Origin: Planctomycetota bacterium
GTDB taxonomy: Bacteria > Planctomycetota > GCA-002687715 > DRQF01
Reading direction: 5' to 3'
Length of the DNA: 18,903 nucleotides
NCBI GenBank assembly: GCA_027001995.1
Contig: JALTLO010000023.1
Location: 1-18,903 of the forward strand
The notes beneath the pieces were generated by a model that had not been told where the DNA came from, did no database searches, and saw only the letters and a list, made by a program, of their open reading frames with translations. How positions within the stretch are numbered: the first letter of the stretch is position 1; each line of letters begins with the position of its first letter. This document shows, in pieces, positions 8,856-15,957 of the stretch. The translations under genes and the position numbers were made by a program.

Positions 8856-8875
8856 ACCTATGAAAGGTAAATCCA

Positions 8876-10492
8876 TTGGCCACCCAGGAACCAAACTCTG
8901 TCTTGAAGCACGTTCTCACCGGCTCATTCGTCTTCGTGCTCTCTTTGTGCCTCCCAGCCCTGTCTCGCGCTCAGTCCAGTTCAGAAACCGAACTGAATGC
9001 CATGGGAGCCTCGTTGATCGCGAAAGCAAACATCCCCACGGAGTTCCTCGACTCTTTAGGTGACGATCCCTTGGGTTCATTTAAGTCCCTCCGCAACGAG
9101 CCAAGAAACGGAGAGATGCTGATTCCTCTCGACATCCGCAGAAGCCCTGATCTTCGGCAACTCAGAAGCAACAAGGAAGATGAGAAGGCCAAGTACAAAC
9201 CCTGGCGACTTCAGGATGCACTACAGGATGCAGGAGCACCAGATTGGCTCCGCGTTTCCGGGTCAATCCGCTTGCGCTACGAGGGGATCGGTGGCCAGTT
9301 CCGATCTGCTTCTCGCTTAGACAACACCGACCACGTCTTTGTTATGCGAACTTTGCTGAAGGTCGAAACAGATTTCGATCCCGTCCTCATCACTCTCGAG
9401 CTCATGGACAGCCGCCAATACGGCGGCGACCAAGGATCGGCCATCGGCACCTCCTCAGTCAACGCCGTCGAGCTCCTGCAGGCTTCGGCAACCTTCCGTC
9501 TTGGCCAGCTTGGAAGTGGCAAGCACCAACTTCGCCTGGGGCGACAAACATTTAATCTCGGTAGCCGCCGCCTTGTGGCTCGCAACCGATTCCGCAACAC
9601 CATCAATGCATTCACCGGTGCCCACTGGGAATGGAAGGCGAAAGAATTCAAACTCACAGCCTTCTATACTTTACCAGTTAGACGACTCCCCAGTGACTTG
9701 AACTCTCTCATCGACAACGAACTTGAATTCGACGAAGAGAATTTCAACACCCAGTTCTTTGGTGCCCACTTCGAGCATGATCTGTTCGAGCGGCACCGCT
9801 TCGAAGCTTATTTCTTCGGGTTATTGGAGGACGCCAATGGCTCTCGCCACCGGGACATCTTCACAGCAGGGACGCGCTTCTTGCTGCCGAAGGCGAAGGG
9901 TCAATTTGACTACGGCGTCGAAGGGGCCTATCAATTCGGTAAATCACGCTTGTCTGGGTCAGGGCCAGACCTCGACCACAGAGCCTGGTTCCTTCATGCC
10001 CACCTCGGCTATACGTTTGACGGAGCCTGGTCCCCACGCCTTCGCCTCGCCTTTGACTATGCGAGTGGCGACGACAACCCCAACGATGGCAGCAATAATC
10101 GCTTTGAGACTTTGTTCGGTGCCCGGCGTTTCGAATATGGACCCACTGGGATTTACGGTGCCGTTGCCCGTTTCAACCTCCTATCGCCAGAGGTACGCCT
10201 TGAGCTAAAGCCTCAGTCCAACATGCAGCTTATGTTTGCCTGGCGACCTGTTTGGGTGGCCAGCGACCAAGATGCCTGGACCGCCGCCCGGGTCCAAGAC
10301 CCCATCGGCAGTTCCGGAAGTTTCATCGGCAACCAATTCGAAGTTCGGTGGCGCTGGAACATCTTACCCAAGAGCGTTCGCATCGAGGCTGGCATCGCCT
10401 ATCTCGCCCAAGGCGAATTCCAAAAGGACGCCCCAGGAGGACAAAACACAGACACTGTCTATGGCTACATGCAAGTAGCTTGGACATTCTAA
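8876..10492 (+). CDS. Alginate export (AlgE-like) family outer-membrane beta-barrel protein
   Basis: Signal peptide ..SLCLPALSRA-Q. Motifs include SGSIRLRYE, ELMDSR, LRLGRQTFNLGSRRLVARNRFRNTINAFTG, DYASGDDNP..RFETLFG and a terminal beta-signal YGYMQVAWTF. The TTG start has AAAGG upstream but is not certain. Confidence 0.88.
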   Translation: MATQEPNSVLKHVLTGSFVFVLSLCLPALSRAQSSSETELNAMGASLIAKANIPTEFLDSLGDDPLGSFKSLRNEPRNGEMLIPLDIRRSPDLRQLRSNKEDEKAKYKPWRLQDALQDAGAPDWLRVSGSIRLRYEGIGGQFRSASRLDNTDHVFVMRTLLKVETDFDPVLITLELMDSRQYGGDQGSAIGTSSVNAVELLQASATFRLGQLGSGKHQLRLGRQTFNLGSRRLVARNRFRNTINAFTGAHWEWKAKEFKLTAFYTLPVRRLPSDLNSLIDNELEFDEENFNTQFFGAHFEHDLFERHRFEAYFFGLLEDANGSRHRDIFTAGTRFLLPKAKGQFDYGVEGAYQFGKSRLSGSGPDLDHRAWFLHAHLGYTFDGAWSPRLRLAFDYASGDDNPNDGSNNRFETLFGARRFEYGPTGIYGAVARFNLLSPEVRLELKPQSNMQLMFAWRPVWVASDQDAWTAARVQDPIGSSGSFIGNQFEVRWRWNILPKSVRIEAGIAYLAQGEFQKDAPGGQNTDTVYGYMQVAWTF

Positions 10493-10560
10493 AAAAGGCA
10501 TCGACGTTGGATGGTCGCGCAATCGAAAGATTCAGGCCCAAGCGTGGGCTATCTTGCCAT

Positions 10561-12141
10561 TCACTCCAAGTCAAGAACGAGGCTGATGTTGTGGAGAGAA
10601 GGGAGAAGATCCTTGAGTTCGTCGGCAATATGAGATCGGTTCCTAGGCACCGGAGCTTCTATGAAGGGCAATTCCGAGTCCATGTTATCGAAGATCACGA
10701 TTTCAGAACTCTCATCAAAATCATCATCGACCTTAAGCCGAACGGTTGCCTTAAGGTCATAATGATGGGTGGCATCTAGACCATAGAAATAGAACTTCCC
10801 CTGCGAATCAGACCTGCGCCACCTGATGTTGGACAGTCCCACGTCAGTTCCACCGGGAGAGCCAGATCGACCATCTTTGTCTTCAAGAGAAATCAAAGCT
10901 CGAACAACGGCAACCCCATTCCCATCAATAACGCGGCCAGAAATGTAAGGCTCACGTTTCAACTTGATGTTGAGGACTGCGTCCTTGCCAGGAAGCAAGT
11001 TCAAAGAGCGCTCGCGGCTGTCTTGAGACAACGTCAAACAAGTGGGGTTGTGGGCCCAATCCAAGCGCCATCTTACTTGACCGCTGGTCAGTCCCTGAAA
11101 CCGAAACATACCATTCACATCGGAAACGCTGGTCAAAGAATCGGGATGCTCCTTGGGCGAATAGAAGGGATCATCAATGAGGATGGTCCAACCCCCAAGG
11201 GGACCTTCCGGTCCTTCAATGAAACCCCGTACCGTGATGCCCGGATCGAGCTGCAGGACAAGAGGAGTCTGCCCGATCTGCTCTGCAGACAACAAAGCAT
11301 GGGCACCGGCGGGAAATTCGTCGTGTTGCGCTTCAAACTCAACCGATCGATGAGGACGAATGCCCTCACAACGAAACCGACCATAGTTATCGCTCGTGGT
11401 CGAGAGCGTGGCATAGGGCGGAACTTTTTCCAACAGCTCTTGGCCCGATCTGCGAACTCGAAATTGAATGCGTACATAGGGAAGCGGTTGACCAAGAGTA
11501 TCAAGCGTACGCCCATGTTGAGTGCTGCCTCGTTTTAGGTAAACTCGGTAGTTCAAGATGGGATGATCTCGATTGTGGGCAGGGAATCGTTCTTCTGTTG
11601 CCGCGTCTTCAGTCATTCTTGCGAAAACGAAAGTACTCAACAGATCAGACCTGTCGTAGCTCGTGGGGCAAAAGTAGCCTCGTTTCTTGGCACTGACGAA
11701 ATAGTGACCGGGCTCGGCACCCTCGACCTCAAAATTTCCCTTTCCATCTGCGACCACGGTCTTCGTCAGGCCTTGACGAGAATAGTCGCCGGTCAAATCA
11801 AGAACGAGTGTTGCGGTCACTTCCGCTCCTGATAGCCCCTGCCCAGACTCCCCATCAAGAATGCGTCCCCGGATCGAAGCCGACTGAAGGGAACCCCTTT
11901 TGCTCCAGGGGATGGCAGCGTGTAGTTCAGGAGAACTCTTGTCTGGAATTCTCTGGATGTGCTCAGCGATGCTTCTCGTCGGCTTCGGCGAATTCTCCCC
12001 CAGATCTTCCGTCACATGGACGATTTCGAGGTTTATGTCTCGCTCCTGAGTCATCCGCAGAGCCACGATGAGGCCTACACCCACCAAGGCCGTGACAAGT
12101 AGAATACTCAAGACAACGAAGAGCTTCACTTTCATCTCCAT
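10561..12141 (-). CDS. Membrane-anchored carboxypeptidase-regulatory-like (transthyretin-like/Cna-B) repeat protein
   Basis: N-terminal TM helix followed by about four repeats of the type IRGRILD..GQGLSGAEV...ADGKGNFEV, GRTLDTLGQPLP...SDNYGRF, SDVNGMFRF and ISGRVIDGNG...SDSQGKFYF. Confidence 0.82.
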   Translation of the reverse strand: MEMKVKLFVVLSILLVTALVGVGLIVALRMTQERDINLEIVHVTEDLGENSPKPTRSIAEHIQRIPDKSSPELHAAIPWSKRGSLQSASIRGRILDGESGQGLSGAEVTATLVLDLTGDYSRQGLTKTVVADGKGNFEVEGAEPGHYFVSAKKRGYFCPTSYDRSDLLSTFVFARMTEDAATEERFPAHNRDHPILNYRVYLKRGSTQHGRTLDTLGQPLPYVRIQFRVRRSGQELLEKVPPYATLSTTSDNYGRFRCEGIRPHRSVEFEAQHDEFPAGAHALLSAEQIGQTPLVLQLDPGITVRGFIEGPEGPLGGWTILIDDPFYSPKEHPDSLTSVSDVNGMFRFQGLTSGQVRWRLDWAHNPTCLTLSQDSRERSLNLLPGKDAVLNIKLKREPYISGRVIDGNGVAVVRALISLEDKDGRSGSPGGTDVGLSNIRWRRSDSQGKFYFYGLDATHHYDLKATVRLKVDDDFDESSEIVIFDNMDSELPFIEAPVPRNRSHIADELKDLLPSLHNISLVLDLE

Positions 12142-12339
12142 TCGTCACAAAAAGTCGGCACAACTGCGAACTCGCAAGAATCGGGTAGAAGAGACCTATG
12201 GCTCTCTCAGCACCGCCACCACAAAACCCCTCAGCCTCCTTGCGAACGACGATGATCTCCTGGCGTTCTAAGTATTCTCCAGGATTCCCCAGTATTGCAT
12301 TCGCTGCGTCCTATGCTGAGGAATTGGAGACCCAAAACA

Positions 12340-12357
12340 AAAGACTTTCAAGTCTTT
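12340..12357. promoter_or_regulatory. Perfect 8-2-8 palindrome, candidate operator in a divergent intergenic region
   Basis: AAAGACTT-TC-AAGTCTTT, about 100 nt upstream of the probable methyltransferase start. Confidence 0.45.
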
Positions 12358-12458
12358 ACCCGGAGATGCCGATATTTATGCAATGGAGCCCAAAACCTGG
12401 CACAGTTTGCCGGTTCAGGGGCTCCCTATGTTGCAGGGCACGATTGAGGGTGGTCACC

Positions 12459-13583
12459 ATGAGTTCACAGGAGTTGGGGGCCGTCCCCGGCGAAGCGACA
12501 ATCGAATTCCTGAAAGAGTACAGAAGCTTTCTAATTCGGAAGCTTGCTGGTATGTGTGCTTTTCCCATGCGCCCCTTGGGTCGTGACACTCCAGATGCCC
12601 GCAAATACGAACGCTCTGTCCTGGCCCGTTTCGAGGCTAAGGAAAACAACCTCTTCGCCTTGAGCATTGATCCGCAAGTCTACTGGGGCGTCAAAGGTCG
12701 AGAGGAGGACGAGTTGCTCTATCGTTTCTTCATTTTGGGTGAAGCAACGACCTCTTCAGAATTAGCAAACTCCCTTGGAGTCACTTGGGTTCAGAAAGCG
12801 ATGGACTCTGGGTTGGTCAGTTCGCACTCGAAGCGACTACGCTGCTCTTTCCGCCTAGTGCCTCACTGTGGCCAGCTCTTCCTCTCAGACCCTTATTCCA
12901 CGGCCTCGGACATGGTCTACCTTTCCAACGATTCTCTCTTCATGGCTCAAATCACGAAGAACATGATCGAGAAGATGTCAGCAGTCACCCATGTCGTCGA
13001 CTTGGGCACAGGATCTGGGATCCTGGCCTGCAGTGCCGCAAGAGCGAAGGGGGTCCCCGCTACGGGGATCGACATCAATGCCCGAGCCCTCGCCTTTGCC
13101 CAGGCCAATGCTACAATCAATGACATTGAAGCCCAGTGGTTAAGAGCCGAATACGGTGCCGCATCCATGATGCCGGGATGTTTCGTGATCGCCAACCCAC
13201 CATTTGTATTCGCAGCAAATGCTGAGAAGTCCGCCCTACATTCCCATGGAGGCGACTATGGCTTAGGACTCACGTTGGACGTACTCGCTGTCATCGCGGA
13301 AAAGCTGCCAGAAGCAAGCTCTTTCGCTCTCATCACACAATCCTGCGTGCTTGAGGAGGCCAGTACCCCGCTCTTAGTTTCAAAATGCAAGGGGGCATTC
13401 CCCAGGTTAGACATACGCGTTGAGAACGTCGGCACCATGCCACTCTTAACCAAGTACGAAGACTTTTATCGCCAGCAAGGCGTAACCGCCATCCACCAAC
13501 TTGTCCTTTCAGGATCAAGGGGTTGGGGGGACGTCATGTACGAACCGAATAACGCCTTCGCCGGTGAAATTTGTTTCGGGTAA
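12459..13583 (+). CDS. Class I SAM-dependent methyltransferase, HemK/PrmC-like (NPPF) with an N-terminal extension
   Basis: Has VYLSNDS, VVDLGTGSGILA (motif I), GIDINARALAFAQANA, IANPPFV and HSHGGDYGL. Probable start is ATG 12459 with GAGGGTGG upstream; the ORF-track start at 12198 is probably too long. Confidence 0.88.
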   Translation: MSSQELGAVPGEATIEFLKEYRSFLIRKLAGMCAFPMRPLGRDTPDARKYERSVLARFEAKENNLFALSIDPQVYWGVKGREEDELLYRFFILGEATTSSELANSLGVTWVQKAMDSGLVSSHSKRLRCSFRLVPHCGQLFLSDPYSTASDMVYLSNDSLFMAQITKNMIEKMSAVTHVVDLGTGSGILACSAARAKGVPATGIDINARALAFAQANATINDIEAQWLRAEYGAASMMPGCFVIANPPFVFAANAEKSALHSHGGDYGLGLTLDVLAVIAEKLPEASSFALITQSCVLEEASTPLLVSKCKGAFPRLDIRVENVGTMPLLTKYEDFYRQQGVTAIHQLVLSGSRGWGDVMYEPNNAFAGEICFG

Positions 13584-13603
13584 AACCACAGGAGAAGAAC
13601 AAA

Positions 13604-14479
13604 GTGACTTGGACACTTAGCAAGCAGGACATGGAATCCTATGATCGGGATGGCTTCTTGATCGTCGACGACGCATTCTCGCAAGAGGAACTCACCGCTT
13701 TTGACAAAGCACTGCTGTACACCGTGCGCACCTACGTCAAGCAAGCCGCAAAAGGAGAGAATCCTTTCTCTCGCATCGCCGACATGTACGAAGAGATCGA
13801 CTTGGCAACGGCGTGGTTAGAAGAACAAGACCACTACTACATCGCCCAGATCTACCATGCAATCGCAGACATCCCGGCATTCTTGAAATTGGGCATCAAA
13901 CCCCAGCTCGAATCGATTGCCGGCCAGCTCCTTGGGGCCCAAGAGGCCGAACCTCTCTACACCCTGACAAAGCGCTGCCGTATCGACTTACCCACAGAAA
14001 CCTCCTACACTTTCGGCTGGCATCAAGAAGTATTTTACTCCATACCCAAAAGTCAATTCATGATGATGTGGGCTCCTCTCTTAAGGCCAGCGACGGTAGA
14101 AAATGGGACTATCGACGTGGCCGTTGGCAGCCATAAAGAAGGCGTCGCCGATCAAGATTGGACCATGAACGATGGCATCCCCAATCAGATCATCGTGAAA
14201 GACGAAGTTGTCGCCCGTTATGAAGTCAGGCCCGTTATCATCAAACCGGGGCAGCTCGTCATTTTCAGCAACAAACTGATTCACCGCAGTGGCGAAAACA
14301 CATCGGGAACAACGCGTTTCTCTCTGGTCTCCAGTTTTCACCGCATGGACAGCGAAGATTTTCAAGCCGCTCGATTCACTGGTAGTTACTTTGGGTTAGA
14401 TCCCATGAGCTATTACAGATCCTTGCTCAGCAAAGCACCCGTCGCCACAGGAGAACCCGCGAAGATTCCTGTGTCATAG
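13604..14479 (+). CDS. Phytanoyl-CoA dioxygenase (PhyH) family Fe(II)/2-oxoglutarate dioxygenase
   Basis: Has YDRDGFLIVDDAF, WHQE (H-x-E), WAPL..ATVENGTI.V..GSHK and KPGQLVIFSNKLIHRSGENTSGTTR. GTG start at 13604 has AGGAG at 13590-13594 and lies 20 nt after the methyltransferase stop. Confidence 0.92.
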   Translation: MTWTLSKQDMESYDRDGFLIVDDAFSQEELTAFDKALLYTVRTYVKQAAKGENPFSRIADMYEEIDLATAWLEEQDHYYIAQIYHAIADIPAFLKLGIKPQLESIAGQLLGAQEAEPLYTLTKRCRIDLPTETSYTFGWHQEVFYSIPKSQFMMMWAPLLRPATVENGTIDVAVGSHKEGVADQDWTMNDGIPNQIIVKDEVVARYEVRPVIIKPGQLVIFSNKLIHRSGENTSGTTRFSLVSSFHRMDSEDFQAARFTGSYFGLDPMSYYRSLLSKAPVATGEPAKIPVS

Positions 14480-14585
14480 ATTGTGGCCTTCGTTGCACCA
14501 ATCGACGGCGAGGGGAAGCTGTCTGGCCCAAGATCCCTTTGGGCGACAAACAGACGATCTGTCGAACGAACCAACGTCGAGGGGC

Positions 14586-14705
14586 CGCAGACTTCTCTTT
14601 GTTGGCATACTACTATTTGCTCGCAATCTCGTTGTTCGAGGGGTTTATCATCGATCCAACGAGAAGGCGGTTCGTAAGTTCTATGCCAAAGTTGGGGCGA
14701 CTTCT
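14586..14705 (+). repeat. Copy 1 of a 120-bp diverged direct repeat; degraded paralog of the ORF starting at 18538
   Basis: Aligns without gaps to 18604-18723 with 17 mismatches in 120 nt by manual count. Encodes RRLLFVGILLFARNLVVRGVYHRSNEKAVRKFYAKVGATS, followed by a stop at 14754-14756. Confidence 0.85.
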
Positions 14706-14817
14706 GTCTCAAAGAGACAGTTCAGCGATAGGGCGGAACACGTAGTCCACCCATAGTGGGGAAAGCCCGCCGGACGACGAATTCAGCAAAGCCAAACGAT
14801 GTCATCAAAGTTGTTGG

Positions 14818-15120
14818 TTAGCGTACAGGCAGGCGGAGAATGTTCTCAATGTTCAGCTTGACGGAATCCATGTGGCCCGAGACGAGTTTATCACCGTCAA
14901 TGCCGACGTGAGCGTGAATATCAAAAGTGAGATGGGTCTATTGGCGCTCGGAAGGAGCATGGAGGTACGTCGATAAGAAGAGCCCTGCCACCAAAGAAAT
15001 CTCCGGCGCCAGGGTCCTGAAGTTCTTGCCGTCCTCAAGTTTAAATCGACGCATAGTCACGAACCCACAACCCATGCTGAGCGGATAGTTCTGTTCCGAT
15101 TCCCAAGAAGGTTTGCTCAT
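14818..15120 (-). pseudogene. Possible fragment of a His-ligand metalloprotein (acetolactate decarboxylase-like / PPC-like fold) with an in-frame TAG
   Basis: Reading through the TAG at 14938-14940 gives ..VAGLFLSTYLHAPSERQ*THLTFDIHAHVGIDGDKLVSGHMDSVKLNIENILRLPVR*. The TH..IHxH..GHxD..LRLP pattern resembles the C-terminus of acetolactate-decarboxylase-like proteins as I recall it. Confidence 0.4.
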
Positions 15121-15129
15121 CGTTCGACT

Positions 15130-15480
15130 CTACTGAATTCTTGTCGAGGAGGATCCGGCTCGAATGGCTTCTTCCATCTCCAACACTACCCCATCAGTTA
15201 GAAGTGGAAGTGCTTCGCCCTTTTGCGGCTAGAGAGTTTCCGATTGTTCTGCAGGCAGAGCCCCATGAACAGATCTATCTTCCTGGCGGGCATATCGATG
15301 TATCGATACCAATTCCCGGTGTCATTCTTCACCGCCATTTCACCATGATCGTCGATGTCATAGTCGACCATGGGCATGAGTTTCTTAGAGAATGCTTCCA
15401 GCGAGTCTGTGTATTGCCCGGATGCTTCTCCATGGAAGCGATATGGGAAATATGAGTCTCTCTGGGGTGAACCTCGGATG
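15130..15480 (-). pseudogene. C-terminal fragment of a Fic-family protein, frameshifted
   Basis: Pieces lie in different frames: FTPERLIFPIS / QYTDSLEAFSKKLMPMVDYDIDDHGEMAVKNDTGNWYRYIDMPARKIDLFMGLCLQNNRKLSSRKRAKHFHF / (L)TDGVVLEMEEAIR. These match the recalled C-terminal consensus of long Fic proteins. The HPFxDGNGR motif is absent. Confidence 0.68.
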
Positions 15481-15957
15481 CCGACAGCCAAGATAAATGA
15501 GGCCAGATGCCAACCGAGCCTCAAAGACCGTGGCGAAAAAAGCCCACATTGCCCTTAAAGAACCTGTCTACTTCCAAGTATGGAAAACTCGCTGAGTGCT
15601 CCAATGACACGGCCTTTGTGTCCAGATCTCAAAAGCACACGAAATCACCGTAACCCGACACGTTATAGGTAGCAAAAAAATGAGAGATGAATCGCAGGAT
15701 AAAAGTCGTGCTTGAGTGGTGCTCAGTCCAACTGATTCGCGACCTCGCGGCGGATATCATGAATGAGTCGGGTTAGACGGAAGAAAACTCCCTTGTTCGG
15801 TACACCAAGATGATTAACCCATAGGTTGTTAGGACGACTTTGATGATGAAGTCGAACCGAGATTCATCTTCGTTTGAACCAATATGTGGGGACAACGGGG
15901 CACAATCCATTGCGATGGAGACGAGAGGGATTCCAGTGACTTGACGGCATAGGTCAA

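Noticed and set aside
12313..12447. 44-aa ORF (MLRNWRPKTKDFQVFTRRCRYLCNGAQNLAQFAGSGAPYVAGHD) just upstream of the methyltransferase, considered as a RiPP precursor
   Set aside because: It has no RBS and no leader or core pattern I recognise, and it overlaps a palindromic operator candidate. It cannot be supported without homologs.
12198..12458. N-terminal extension of the methyltransferase in the ORF track
   Set aside because: The sequence does not look protein-like, it spans the divergent promoter region, and a better RBS and ATG exist at 12459.
14743..14768. GTCCACCCATAGTGGGGAAAGCCC, loosely like an IS3-family end
   Set aside because: It lacks the terminal CA and has no adjacent transposase sequence.
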